From an uncultured Acidobacteriota bacterium (GTDB lineage Bacteria > Actinomycetota > Acidimicrobiia > Spongiisociales > ZC4RG35): a stretch of 64,000 bases of DNA. This document shows, in pieces, positions 19,506 through 30,671 of this stretch. Both the position numbers and the translations under genes were made by a program. The notes under the pieces were generated by a model that saw only the letters and a program-made list of their open reading frames with translations, was not told the origin of the DNA and did no database searches. Where the stretch lies: positions 1 to 64,000 of the forward strand of contig CAWHEU010000007.1 in NCBI GenBank assembly GCA_963828465.1, written 5' to 3'. The first letter of the stretch is position 1; every line of letters starts with the position of its first letter.

Positions 19506-20318
19506 CTAGGTCCAGCTTGGTTCAGGCTGCCACGGATGCGCGTCCTGTCGCCACACCTGCCATGGTGCCAGGCCGGATTCGTGGATCTCGTCGAGCATCT
19601 GCTTTTCCTTGAACGTGTCCATGCAGGCCCAGAACCCGTCGTGCACATAGGCACCGAGCCGTGATTCCTCGATCATGCGCCCGAAGGGTTCCTCTACGAG
19701 TTCCTCTCCGTTCCGCATGTATTCGAAAACCTTGTTCTGCATCACGAAGAAACCACCGTTGATTCGTGTCGCCTCGGTTTGCGCGTTGCGAATGGAGCTG
19801 ACCCGCCCGTCGTCCTCGATATCAACCGTGTGAAAGCTGACGTTGGGTTTGACGGCGACGAAGGTGGCGACGTGGTTGTGCGTTTGCCCGAACTCGATCA
19901 TCTCATTGAGGTTCAGGTCGGTCAGGCCATCGGTGTAGTTCGCCAGAAACCAGTCCTCGTCCTCGAGCAGATGCTGGACCGACATCAATCGCTCTCCAAC
20001 CGAGGACTTGAGGCCGGTGTCGACGAACGTGATCCGCCAATCCGAGATATCGGAGTTGAGAAGGGTGACGTCGCGTCCCCCGTTGCTCAGAACGAAGTCA
20101 TTGGACTCGTACTCGCTGTAGTTGAGGAAGTAGCTCTTGATGGCGTTCGCCTGATTGCCGAGGGCCAGGATGAAGTCCTTGTGCCCGTAGTGGGCGTAGT
20201 ACTTCATGACGTGCCAGATGATCGGCCTTTGGCCGATCTTCACCAGGGGTTTGGGCACACTGTCCTCATGTTCCCTGAGTCTCATGCCGAGACCGCCGCA
20301 GAAGAGGACCACCTTCAT
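19506..20318 (-). CDS. Glucose-1-phosphate cytidylyltransferase family (RfbF-like)
   Basis: FCGGLGMRLRE..PKPL, VDTG, INGGFF, GFWACMDT. Confidence 0.9.
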   Translation of the reverse strand: MKVVLFCGGLGMRLREHEDSVPKPLVKIGQRPIIWHVMKYYAHYGHKDFILALGNQANAIKSYFLNYSEYESNDFVLSNGGRDVTLLNSDISDWRITFVDTGLKSSVGERLMSVQHLLEDEDWFLANYTDGLTDLNLNEMIEFGQTHNHVATFVAVKPNVSFHTVDIEDDGRVSSIRNAQTEATRINGGFFVMQNKVFEYMRNGEELVEEPFGRMIEESRLGAYVHDGFWACMDTFKEKQMLDEIHESGLAPWQVWRQDAHPWQPEPSWT

Positions 20319-20351
20319 GTCAGTGGACGGCAGGTAGTGCGGGTGAGCATG

Positions 20352-21680
20352 TCATCTCACCGCCGCGGCCAATAAGTCGGCGAGCCATGTCTCACCTCGG
20401 AAGTCTTCGTACTGCTCAGACCTCAGCCGGTCGGACAGACGGCCCTCGGGGAGGATGACGTCGTCGTAGCTGAGAACTTGGTCCTGGCTGATGTCGTTGA
20501 CGAGGCGACAGCCCTCGACAAGCCCTTCCGGCAGGTAGCGGCCCGTTGACATCTCATCGGCATTGACCGCCTCTCCGTAGGTCATGTACATGCCGTAGTC
20601 GTCGAGAATTTCACCGGCCTTCAGGTCCCTCTTGGCGACTGCGCAGACCTCGACCACCGGCCCTCCCAGAGGGGGAGCGACCTCATCCCGGAACAACACG
20701 ACTCGCGCAATGGAGTTGTGGACCTCGAATTGCACCAAATGGTACGGAGTGAAGAACGAGTAGAGAGGCCCGTCGCCCATCTTGTACAGCTTCAGATAGT
20801 GCTGTTGCTTCGGATCCGGGTGCTCGGCGAGGACGTAGACCTTGGTGTGGGGGGTGCCGACCACATAGTCGACAATGCCCCCGAGCTCCCTCAACTCGTC
20901 GATGTCGTACAACTCCCCAATTGTCATGACGTCACCGCGATACTCCAGGCCCCTCGACATTCCGCGCGAGCGCACCTGGAAGCCGGTGGCATTGGCAACG
21001 ATCGATTGCTCGAAGCTGACCTTGGTCCCGTCGGCGAAGCTGGTGACCATCGTCGGGTTCTGCCCCCATTGCTCGGCGAAGCCCTGCTGAGTAGTCGGGT
21101 TCCGATATGGGTCTTGCAGGCCTTTGACGTTGCCGATCACCCTCGGGATCAAGCCCAGCCCGACGACCCACCGCACGAGATCCATCTGAACTCCCGGCTC
21201 ATCACCGTTGCAGGCGGATAGGAGACGCCCGGCCCGAGCCGCGTACTTCCGTAACACCGGGCCCACTGTCCCGTCCAGCTCGGCATTCATCAGGACGACG
21301 TCTTTGTCGTTCTCAAAGGCGTCGAGGGCGACTCGTGCTCCGAACTCGACTGAACCGGTCACGTCGACGATCACGTCGATGTTCTCGGATTGGGTGATCG
21401 AGAATGCGTCATCGGTGACGACCGGGCGGCCGGAGCGGATCGCATCCTCCAATTCCCCAGGGCCGCTGGCTTCGACGACATCTGGCAGACCGGCGTACTT
21501 GTAGACCCGGGCCGCACGGTCGGGTGCCCGGTTGAAAATGGCCGAAATCTCCATTCCTGGCACGCTGTTGGCTACCTGGTTGGTCAGCCCTTGAGCCATG
21601 AACCCGGCACCGATCAAGCCCACGCGAATCGGTTTGGAGGCGGCAGCCCGCGCCTTTAGAGCCTCATCGACGAGAATCAT
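20352..21680 (-). CDS. NAD(P)-dependent oxidoreductase with C-terminal SAF domain (homoserine dehydrogenase-like)
   Basis: GLIGAGFM Rossmann motif, GDEPG, FADGTK, AVAKRDLKAGEILD. Confidence 0.85.
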   Translation of the reverse strand: MILVDEALKARAAASKPIRVGLIGAGFMAQGLTNQVANSVPGMEISAIFNRAPDRAARVYKYAGLPDVVEASGPGELEDAIRSGRPVVTDDAFSITQSENIDVIVDVTGSVEFGARVALDAFENDKDVVLMNAELDGTVGPVLRKYAARAGRLLSACNGDEPGVQMDLVRWVVGLGLIPRVIGNVKGLQDPYRNPTTQQGFAEQWGQNPTMVTSFADGTKVSFEQSIVANATGFQVRSRGMSRGLEYRGDVMTIGELYDIDELRELGGIVDYVVGTPHTKVYVLAEHPDPKQQHYLKLYKMGDGPLYSFFTPYHLVQFEVHNSIARVVLFRDEVAPPLGGPVVEVCAVAKRDLKAGEILDDYGMYMTYGEAVNADEMSTGRYLPEGLVEGCRLVNDISQDQVLSYDDVILPEGRLSDRLRSEQYEDFRGETWLADLLAAAVR

Positions 21681-21710
21681 TGTTCCCAACCCCCATTTCC
21701 TGTCCCTCCA

Positions 21711-22277
21711 TCAGCCTAACCCCATCCTTTCCTCTAGGTCATCCCGAATCTCTTCGAATGCCGGCCAGGCTCCATCTTTCGGTGAAACGACCGCGACGGG
21801 CAACGGCCAGGCGATATCAAGCTGTGGATCGTCGTACCTCAGGCCGCCTTCGGTCCCGGGGGTGTAGAACTCCCCGGCCTGGTAACTGGTCTCGGTCTTG
21901 TCGCGGAGGGTTTGATAGCCATGGGCGAACCTCTCCGGCACGTAGAGCGCTCGGTGGTTCTCCTCGTTCAGCTCTACCTGGAGATGCTCCAGGTAGGTGG
22001 GGCTCTCGGGTCTGAGGTCGACGATGGTGTCCACGATCGCCCCTCGGGTGCAGCGGACGAGTTTCGACTCGGCGGCAGGGGGATACTGAAAGTGCATCCC
22101 GCGCAACGTGCCCTTGACCAGGTTGAAGGCGATGTTTGCTTGTGCAATGACCGGGTTGAGACCGTGGTCAGTGAATTCGTTCTGGCAGAACGCACGGGCG
22201 AAGAAACCTCGATCGTCCTCGATCTTCTCGAGGTCGATGACATACGCCCCCGCAACATCGGTCTCGGTGAAGATCAT
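21711..22277 (-). CDS. dTDP-4-dehydrorhamnose 3,5-epimerase family (RfbC/RmlC)
   Basis: DDRGFFAR, GTLRGMHFQ, KLVRCTRG, FAHGYQTL. Confidence 0.92.
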   Translation of the reverse strand: MIFTETDVAGAYVIDLEKIEDDRGFFARAFCQNEFTDHGLNPVIAQANIAFNLVKGTLRGMHFQYPPAAESKLVRCTRGAIVDTIVDLRPESPTYLEHLQVELNEENHRALYVPERFAHGYQTLRDKTETSYQAGEFYTPGTEGGLRYDDPQLDIAWPLPVAVVSPKDGAWPAFEEIRDDLEERMGLG

Positions 22278-22485
22278 GCGAACTCTTTCCCTCTCACGGG
22301 TTGCTCCTCCCCGTCCGCCTCCCGACGGGGGACCCGCTCACGGCGGGCGAAGATGCCCAGCGAAGGAACGACCACTGTGCGTGGTCGCACGGGCCTCTCT
22401 AGCGCGCAGTCCGCGCGGCCGGCAGTGGACTCGGATTCAGGCGACATCAGCGTCACGGCTCGCGACCCGGCGTCTCCGATGCGCA

Positions 22486-23169
22486 TCAGTGGCCCTTCCG
22501 GCCGACCATTGCCATTGGGGTCCTGACCAGAATCCCGATGTCGTGGGCGAAGCTGATCTGCTTGAGATATTCGAGATCGATCTCGGTGTGCTGATACATC
22601 AAGTCGCCGTTGTGGTTGGAGACCTGCCATGGGCCGGTCACCCCAGGCTTGACCAGATGACGGTCGTGTTGCCAGGGCTCGTAGCGGCGGACGATCTCGG
22701 GGAGCTCGGGCCGAGGTCCCACCATGCTCATCTCACCCTTGACCACATTGAGGAACTGCGGCAGCTCATCGAATCGTGTGGCCCGGAGCGCCTTCCCTAC
22801 CAGCGTTACCCTGGGGTCGTCCACCGATTTGTGAACGAGCCTTCGGTCGGCGCCGCTGTAGACATCCTCACCGACACGTCGGTCGGGGATCATGGTCCTG
22901 ATCTTGTAGAGCCGAAAGACACGCCCACCGAGCCCGATCCGCTCCTGGCTGTAGAAAACTGGGCGGCCCATGGTCAGGAACACCGCGAGGGCCGAAGCGG
23001 CGATAACGGGGCTGAACAGAATGAGAAATAGAAGGCCGATCGCTCGGTCGAGCATCGGTTTGATCATCCGCGGATACGGGCCTGACGGTGCTGATGCACT
23101 CTCATCACGCCAAGGTCTGCCGCCCACAGGTAACACGGGCGCAAGCGCCTCACCCTTACGAGCCCACAT
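22486..23169 (-). CDS. Priming sugar (phosphoglycosyl) transferase
   Basis: YKIRTM, DDPRVT, DELPQFLNVVKGEMSMVGPRPE, KPGVTG; start chosen from a GGGGAG SD. Confidence 0.9.
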   Translation of the reverse strand: MWARKGEALAPVLPVGGRPWRDESASAPSGPYPRMIKPMLDRAIGLLFLILFSPVIAASALAVFLTMGRPVFYSQERIGLGGRVFRLYKIRTMIPDRRVGEDVYSGADRRLVHKSVDDPRVTLVGKALRATRFDELPQFLNVVKGEMSMVGPRPELPEIVRRYEPWQHDRHLVKPGVTGPWQVSNHNGDLMYQHTEIDLEYLKQISFAHDIGILVRTPMAMVGRKGH

Positions 23170-23518
23170 CGTCTCGTCTCCCCTAAGTTGGATAGCCCCA
23201 AGGATCTGTTCGATCCTGGCGACCATGTTACCACCACCGAGAGTGGTGGGAAGAGCCACCTCGAGAGTTTCAGATTCGGAATGCCGGTATGAGCGGTGAT
23301 GCGCAACAATTACGTATTGGTGTTGTCCAACCTGATGACTCGGGACAAATTCAGGTCTGGCGTGATTTCGTCATCCAGGTCAGAATGAACGCCTGCGAGG
23401 CTGGATCGAGTTGCGGGGAAGTGGGGTTTTCCAGCATGGGGAGTGACTTCGTTTTGTGGGGGTGTCCGATGGTTCCGACGTTGACGTCTGGCTCGATGTG
23501 GAGTCGAGAGGACCTCGC

Positions 23519-25684
23519 TTGAGGCAGATAGCTCAGAACTACAAGACCGGTGAGGTGAAGCTCGTCGAGGTGCCGGTCCCGGCGTGTCGGCCCGGCGGAG
23601 TGGTGGTTCGCAGCGAATACTCCCTGATCTCCGCGGGCACCGAGTTGATGAAGATCGCCGAGAGCAAGATGTCCCTCGTCGGCAAGGCCAGGGCGAGGCC
23701 CGATCAGGTTCGGAAAGTGCTCGAATCGGTCTCACAGCAGGGTGTGGGCGCCACTTATCGCAAGGTCATGAACCGCCTCGACTCCTACACCCCGCTTGGG
23801 TACTCGTTGTCGGGCACCGTCGTCGAGTCCATGGTTCCTGAACTGCCGGTGGGCAGCCGTGTCGCTTGTGGCGGGAACGAGTATGCGCTGCACGCCGAGT
23901 TCAACTATGTGCCACGCAACCTGTGCGCTCTCGTTCCCGACGGAGTCAAAGCCGAGCACGCCGCGTTCGCCACAGTGGGCGCCATCGCGATGCAGGCCTT
24001 CCGGCGTTCGGAGGCTGTGATCGGCGAGACCGTCTGTGTGATCGGGCTGGGTCTCATCGGCCAGCTGCTCGTCCAGATCGCCGATGCGGCCGGAGTCAAC
24101 GTCTTCGGATTGGACCCGTCGGAGGAGCGCTGCGGTCTGGCCGAACGATCTGGCGCCCGCGCAGCTGGGGCCCCCAGCGGGCCTTCGGCATCCCGGGTCA
24201 GAGATAGGATTCTCGAGATCACCGATGGCCACGGCGCTGATGTGGTGTTCCTCGCCGCCGCAACCGACTCCGCCGAGCCGGTGAGCATGGCAGTGGAAAT
24301 CGCACGGGACAGGGCTCGGATCGTGGATGTGGGCAAACTGCCGCTCGACCTCCCGTGGAAGCCCTACTACGAGAAGGAGATCGACGTGCGCTTCTCGAGG
24401 TCTTATGGCCCGGGGAGGTACGACCCGACATATGAAGAAGACGGTGTGGACTACCCGATCGGGTACGTGAGGTGGACAGAGCAGCGGAACATGAAGTCGT
24501 TCCTCGATCTGGTTGCCGCCGACCGGATCGGCCTGGAGACTCTCATCGACGAGATCATCCCGTTCGAAGCTTCGGTCGAGGCATACGAACGGCTCCTCTC
24601 TGGAGAGTCACGCGCTATCGGGAGCTTGTTCGGATACCCGCAAGAGACACTGGTCGAACGAGTTCTTCACCTGGGTGGACAGGCAGAGTTCGCTCCCAGA
24701 TCGGGGAAGGTCGGCCTCGGGGTCATCGGCAGTGGCAACTACGCCACCACCATGTTGTTGCCACACCTGGCCTCGAACCCCAATGTGCACCTCTCGGTGG
24801 TGGCCACGGCCACAGCGCTTTCTGGCGCAACGGCACAGGAGAGATTCGGGTTCGATCGGATCACGTCTGACTATCGGACCCTGATCGACGACGACGCTGT
24901 CGATGCTGTCGTGATCGCCACACGCCACGATCTGCATGCGCCGATGGTCTCCGAGATGATCGCTGCGGGTAAGGCGGTGTTCGTAGAGAAGCCTCTGGCC
25001 ACGAACGCAGGGGAACTCGATCAGGTGATCGAATCGATCCGGTCATCAGGCAATCAACGTCTCATGGTCGGATTCAATCGCAGGTTCGCGCCGTTGCTTC
25101 GCCAACTCAAAGATGCTTGGGGCGAAGCGAACGGCGAGCAACACCTTCACTACGTCGTCAATGCCGGACCTCTCGACAACGACAGCTGGTATCGAGACGT
25201 GTCCCGTTACGGTTCCCGCTTCGATGGCGAGGGTGGCCATTTCATAGATGTGTTGTCGTGGTGGCTGGGCGAGGACCCGGTTGATGTGGCGGGCCATCCA
25301 TCCCCTGGAGAGGTCGACGACCTCGAGGTGATTCTGCGCTTTCCCGGCGGGTCGGTCGGGATCATCTCATATCTCACCAGAGGGAGCCGTGCCTACCCGA
25401 AAGAGACCTTCCTCGTGTCCGGGGAATCGCGCACCGCCCGGCTCGACAATTTCAAGGAGGCCACTATTTGGTCGGATCGGGGTAGGACGGTTCGTCGCTC
25501 CAGGGGGAAGGTGGACAAAGGTCAGGCCACCCAGATAGGAGCGTTCGTGGAGGCGATCAGGGCGGGATCGGATATGCCCATAGCCGTCGAATCGTTGTTG
25601 AGCACGACCGAGGCCACTCTGCTGGCGCAGACGAGCGCCCAGTCGGGGCGTGCCGCTTCTCTCCGCCGTCCGTCGGGCGATTGA
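23519..25684 (+). CDS. Bi-domain oxidoreductase (MDR-like plus Gfo/Idh/MocA)
   Basis: SLISAGTE, GLGLIG, SRSYGPGRYD, WTEQRN; second domain GSGNYA, EKP, VGFNRRF. Confidence 0.9.
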   Translation: MRQIAQNYKTGEVKLVEVPVPACRPGGVVVRSEYSLISAGTELMKIAESKMSLVGKARARPDQVRKVLESVSQQGVGATYRKVMNRLDSYTPLGYSLSGTVVESMVPELPVGSRVACGGNEYALHAEFNYVPRNLCALVPDGVKAEHAAFATVGAIAMQAFRRSEAVIGETVCVIGLGLIGQLLVQIADAAGVNVFGLDPSEERCGLAERSGARAAGAPSGPSASRVRDRILEITDGHGADVVFLAAATDSAEPVSMAVEIARDRARIVDVGKLPLDLPWKPYYEKEIDVRFSRSYGPGRYDPTYEEDGVDYPIGYVRWTEQRNMKSFLDLVAADRIGLETLIDEIIPFEASVEAYERLLSGESRAIGSLFGYPQETLVERVLHLGGQAEFAPRSGKVGLGVIGSGNYATTMLLPHLASNPNVHLSVVATATALSGATAQERFGFDRITSDYRTLIDDDAVDAVVIATRHDLHAPMVSEMIAAGKAVFVEKPLATNAGELDQVIESIRSSGNQRLMVGFNRRFAPLLRQLKDAWGEANGEQHLHYVVNAGPLDNDSWYRDVSRYGSRFDGEGGHFIDVLSWWLGEDPVDVAGHPSPGEVDDLEVILRFPGGSVGIISYLTRGSRAYPKETFLVSGESRTARLDNFKEATIWSDRGRTVRRSRGKVDKGQATQIGAFVEAIRAGSDMPIAVESLLSTTEATLLAQTSAQSGRAASLRRPSGD

Positions 25685-27669
25685 GTCTCAGCTGGTACAT
25701 CCACCGCCTTGCGGCCATGGGCCCTGGCGAGATCGTCCACCGGGCCAAGGACTCCGGGGTGAAGGTGATCACCGGGGTCGAGGAGAAAAGGCTGCGAGAA
25801 GCCGGGGCGAGGCGGGCAGAGGGCGGATTTGCCACTCCATTCGTCCGGCTGCCTGAGACTCCCTCCGACACTGCGCTCGAAGGTCTGGCAAACGCTGTCG
25901 AGTCGCTCTCCGAAGGCCGGGTCCAGGTTTTCGGCGTCGAGCGAACCGACATGGGGGACAAGCCTGATTGGTTCATGGACCCTAAGACCGGGTTGCGCGC
26001 CCCGGCTGCACAGTCGGCCTTTCGCATCAACCAGCGCGGGTGGCGGGGCAGCCTGAAGCACGTTTGGGAGCCGTCCCGGCATCAGCATCTGACGGTGTTG
26101 GCCGGCGCCGCCCGGTTTCGTGGCGATCCGGAGGCCGCCCGGTTGCTCATGACCCAATTGGATAGTTGGTGGCGGGCGAACCCCCCGTTTCGTGGCATCC
26201 ATTGGACGAGCGGAATCGAGATCGGAATGCGGCTGCTCTCCTGGGTCTGGATCAGACGTCTGCTCGACTACGACGACCGAGCCCCCGGCTGGTTCGAGGA
26301 GAACCCGCGGTTTCTCGACCAGCTCTTTGCCCACCAGCTGTGGCTCGACCGCCTGCCGAGTCATGGCACCTCGGCCAACAACCATGCCATCGCCGAGTGG
26401 GCCGGCCAGTTCACGGCAGCCTGCGCGTTTCCCCTCTTTCCCGAATCTTCTCGGTGGAGAGAGCGGGCGGGCCGGCGCCTCGTCGCCGAGGCGAAGCGGC
26501 AGATCGATGGCGACGGCGTGGACCGAGAGCTGGCCACCGACTATCACGGCTTCGTTGCGGAATTGTTCATCCTCGCCGGGCTCGAGGGGGAGCGGGCCGG
26601 CTCTGGCCTTGGAGACGAGTTCTGGGTCCGCGTTCGCTCCATGGTCGATGTCGTGGCGGCGATGCTCGATGTCGCCGGGAGACCGCCCCGTCAGGGAGAC
26701 TCGGATGATGCGATTGCACTCTTGCTCGATGGTTCGGGGTTCGACCGGTGGGCGTCACTGCTCGTCACAGGGTCCGCGCTCTTCGGGCGGCTCGACTGGT
26801 GGCCCACACCGCAAGTCGTAGGCGACGTTCGGAGCTCGGCCCTCGCCGCATTGGCCTCCGTCGGCGCGTTGCCAGATGGTCGACCGTCGGTCCGGCCGGT
26901 GTCATTCCAGGAGTCCGGTATGACAATCCTGAGGGCACGGCCTGGTGGGCCGTCCGAGATCTGGTGTCGTTGCGACGGTGGCCCTCTCGGCTACATGTCA
27001 ACAGCCGCCCACGGCCATGACGACGCTCTGTCTATCGAGGTGAGACACGGCGGGGTGGACGTTCTAGCGGATCCGGGTACGTACTGCTATCAGTTAGAGC
27101 CATTCTGGCGGTCGTACTTCCGATCGATCCGGGCCCACAACACCCTCGAACTCGCCAAAGCGAGCCATGCCCAGCAGACGGGGCCCTTCATGTGGTCCTC
27201 AGCCGAGCGATCTGGTGTGGCCGAGATCTCTGAGAGCCCGGTGACGAGATGGACAGGCTATTGCATTCGACCTCACGTGGACGGCGGGGAGATAGAGCAC
27301 CGGAGGACGGTGGCCGTCGACGACGCCGGCGTGACGATCGAGGACGTCGTTGACCGGGCTAGCCCGGCCAGAATGCGCTTCCACCTCGGCCCATCCGTGG
27401 AATGCGTGCTCGACGGGAACGTTGCGCAGCTGTCATGGGTGTCTCTCGATGGCCGGGCCGAGTCGTCGAGGATGGAGCTCAGCGGGTCGCTGACGTGGCG
27501 ATCCGCGCGCGGCCACGATGCAGAGCCCCTCGGCTGGTACTCGCCGGGCTTCGACGTGCGTCTTGCTGCCTTCGCTCTCGAAGGTGAAGGCGAAATGAGT
27601 CCCGGTGAGGTTTTGACGACTCGGCTCTCCGTGAGCGGCGGGGGATCTGCTGAGGGGGCTGGAGCCTGA
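25681..27669 (+). CDS. Heparinase II/III-like / alginate lyase family protein
   Basis: WEPSRHQH, SANNH, DYH, AAHGHDDALS, DPGTYCY, AHNT. Confidence 0.85.
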   Translation: MSLSWYIHRLAAMGPGEIVHRAKDSGVKVITGVEEKRLREAGARRAEGGFATPFVRLPETPSDTALEGLANAVESLSEGRVQVFGVERTDMGDKPDWFMDPKTGLRAPAAQSAFRINQRGWRGSLKHVWEPSRHQHLTVLAGAARFRGDPEAARLLMTQLDSWWRANPPFRGIHWTSGIEIGMRLLSWVWIRRLLDYDDRAPGWFEENPRFLDQLFAHQLWLDRLPSHGTSANNHAIAEWAGQFTAACAFPLFPESSRWRERAGRRLVAEAKRQIDGDGVDRELATDYHGFVAELFILAGLEGERAGSGLGDEFWVRVRSMVDVVAAMLDVAGRPPRQGDSDDAIALLLDGSGFDRWASLLVTGSALFGRLDWWPTPQVVGDVRSSALAALASVGALPDGRPSVRPVSFQESGMTILRARPGGPSEIWCRCDGGPLGYMSTAAHGHDDALSIEVRHGGVDVLADPGTYCYQLEPFWRSYFRSIRAHNTLELAKASHAQQTGPFMWSSAERSGVAEISESPVTRWTGYCIRPHVDGGEIEHRRTVAVDDAGVTIEDVVDRASPARMRFHLGPSVECVLDGNVAQLSWVSLDGRAESSRMELSGSLTWRSARGHDAEPLGWYSPGFDVRLAAFALEGEGEMSPGEVLTTRLSVSGGGSAEGAGA

Positions 27670-27677
27670 CGGTCGGG

Positions 27678-28909
27678 TCAGACAGGGCGGGACTTCGCCG
27701 CCACGCCGTCCCGTGACAAATTGGCGAAAGCTCGCTCATAGGCTCTCAGCAGATGAGGGACCGAGTGCTCCCAACTCAGAGTGCTCTCCAGTCGACTCCT
27801 CCCCGCGGTGGACATCCGCCTCCGTCGCTCTGGGTCATCCAGGAGTTGATCGAGGATTTCAGCGAAATCGGCTTCATCACCGGATCGCGCCGGAGCCACG
27901 GCATCCTCGGCGGACCTCATCGTTTCGGTGAGGTCGAAGGCGACAATCGGCAGGCCGAAGTACATGTACTCCATGATCTTGTTCATGGTGGACCGGTCCG
28001 ACCAGCTGTTCTTCGGGACCGTGTCTACCGCCACCGTTGCCGACGACAATGCACGGCAGAGGACGTCATCTGACACGACACCGGTGAACGTGAAGAGATG
28101 ATCCACGCCCAACTCCTCTGCGTACTGCTTTACATCCTGCCAGGCCGACCCGCCACCGATGACAACGGTGTGGAAGTCGTCCCGTCGCTCACTCAGCAGT
28201 GCCACCACCCTGACGAGGCCATCGACGCCGTCCTGGGCCGAGATGTCACCGAGGTAGGCGATTACGTGCTCCTTCGATTTTGCCCACGCCGGGTCCGGGG
28301 GATAGACGGTCAGTCGCTTCAGATCGGGCCCTGACCTGACTATCGCAACCCGGTCTGCGCTCACACCGCCGCGTTCGATGGCCACTGTCCGGTGGCTCTC
28401 GTTGGTGGCCAGGATCATGTCGGCTGTCCGAAAGGACCGGCGCTCCATGAAGAGCAGGAGCGATGAATAAGACCGCTTCTCACCCCGAACTTGGCTTCGA
28501 ACATCTCCGGAGAGAGGTCGTGGTGATCGAACACGAACCTCTTCCCCGCCAGCCGCCAGATCAGGGCGAGGACCCAGTATGTCTCGGGTGGATTACAGGC
28601 ATGTATGACGTCGAAGCCCCGGCCCTGTGTGGCCACCCTCAACGAGAGGAGAAAGGTGGCAAGCCATGCCAACGAGAACTCTGCCAGGAATCCGAGCTTG
28701 GATCGCGGGTCGAACGGCATCGAGTAGCGAAACACCTCGACGTCCTCGATCGTCTCGTGGGACTCGTTGAATCCCTTCAGCTTCGGACAGATGACCGATA
28801 CCTGGTAGCCCCGTGCCTGCAAGGTGGTCGCTTCGAGCCAGACCCGCCGGTCAAATGGCACCGGCAGGTTCTGGACGATGATCAGGACACGCCTACCAGC
28901 CGATGCCAA
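27678..28909 (-). CDS. GT4 glycosyltransferase (WbuB-like), frameshift near 28460
   Basis: N-half IVQNLPVPFDRRVW..HACNPP..FDHHDL; C-half STMNKIMEYM; the halves are in different frames. Confidence 0.85.
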
Positions 28910-30205
28910 CGTAACTCCCATCCACGGGCCTGACCGACATCCCGGCCAGGTCGACCAGGTGTTGGGCCGGCCCCAGTTTCAGCGCAGCATCGACCAGGGA
29001 CTCGTCGTTTTTCCCTAGGACGACGATGTCCCCGAACGCAAGCACCTCGTCGGGGGAGGACACAAGGATTTGCTCGAACGACGGAAGCTGCGCGGTGAGG
29101 AATGCCAGGTTGGCCCCGATGAGGCCCTTCGGGTCGAAGTCAGGGTCGAAGACCCGAACTTCCTTGCCACAGGCGAGCAGGCGCCGGGCCAGTTCGAGGA
29201 AGGGGCTGTTGCGCAGGTCGTCGGTGTTCGACTTGAACGTGATGCCGAGCAATCCGACCTTGTTACCGCCAAGATCCTCGATGAGGTCCAACGCGGACCG
29301 TATGTGCTCTTCGTTGCTCTGGGGGATCGCCGAGATAAGCGGCAGATCGAGCTCCCGGCTTTGGGCGTGAGACTGGAGAGCCGCGATGTCCTTGGGCAGG
29401 CACGACCCGCCGTAGGCGAATCCAGGTCGCAAATACCGGGACGAGATGTTCAGTTTGGTGTCGCCGGTCATGATCGTCATGACCTCCCTGCCGTCGACCC
29501 CCACATCACGGGCGAGCCGGCCCATCTCGTTGGCGAAACTCACTTTGAGGGCGTGCCAGCTGTTGTCTACGTATTTGGCCAGTTCGGCGACCTCGAAGAC
29601 TGTGTCGGAGCGAGGGCATTCGAACTGTGCGTAAAGCTGGTCTGTGATCGCATTGTGCTTGCCGTGCTCGGTGCCAACCACGATCTTGGGAGGCTCCCGG
29701 TAGTCCTTGATGGACGAGCCTTCGCGCAGGAACTCCGGGTTGAAGCACAGATCGATCTGTTCGCCAATCGTGAGACCCGAAGCAGACTCGAGAATCGGAA
29801 GGACGATGTCCCTCGTCGTCCCCGGGAGCACCGTGGACCGAAGGATGACGGTGAAGGGACTAGTCCTTCCCCTCAATGCCCGACCGATATCGGCCACCAC
29901 CGTGCGGATGTGGTCGAGCTCGATGCTTCCGTCGGGACGGCTGGGTGTTCCGACGCAGATCAAGGCGGCGTCCGACTGCTCCACCGCCGCCACCGAATCG
30001 TCCGTGGCCTAGCAGTCTTCCCGAAGCGACGCCGGAGGCGATCAGATCATCGAGCCCGGGCTCGCGGATCGGCGCACGGCCGGACGTTGAAGATCTCCAC
30101 TTTTTCCAGGTTGGAGTCGACACCGACCACGTCATGGCCGTCTTCGGCGAGGCAGGCAGACGTAACCGACCCCACGTAGCCCAGCCCGAAAACTGCCAGC
30201 TTCAC
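28893..30205 (-). CDS. GDP-mannose/UDP-glucose 6-dehydrogenase family (AlgD-like), frameshifts near 30085 and 30010
   Basis: GTG 30205 reads KLAVFGLGYVG; CVGTP, STVLPG, NPEFLREG, GFAYGGSCLPKD, TDDLRNSP. Confidence 0.88.
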
Positions 30206-30671
30206 GCTGCGAAGAAGTCGTAAGAGCTCGAACGCGTCAGTGATGTGCGTAGATGGCCACAGCCGTGACTACCCCGCGACAGTCCCAAGACACGCCCAGC
30301 GCACCAGCGCGCGTTCGCGCATTCCCCCGCCCACATTGTGTGCCTCCCTTATGCGGCATAGCCGCGGCTCCACATCCCAATAGGTTGCCCCAGGTGCACT
30401 GCACCTCACCGGCACTTTAACCGGGGAGGATTCGCACACCAGTCGTTCATGTATGTAATCGACGACGGCAAACAGAGGGTTACTGCTCGAGTTGCTGTCC
30501 GGCTAATAAACAACCCTGAATCTCCCTGCAGGACGGTCACGGCGAACTGACTCGAGCCGGGGTGATGATCAATACGGGGTGCCTGCGGGCTTCCTCTTGC
30601 CGCGGATAGCGGCCTACATTCACCACGCCGAACGGTCACAGGCCGTCCCAGGGGATCGGAGACCCGGAGCA

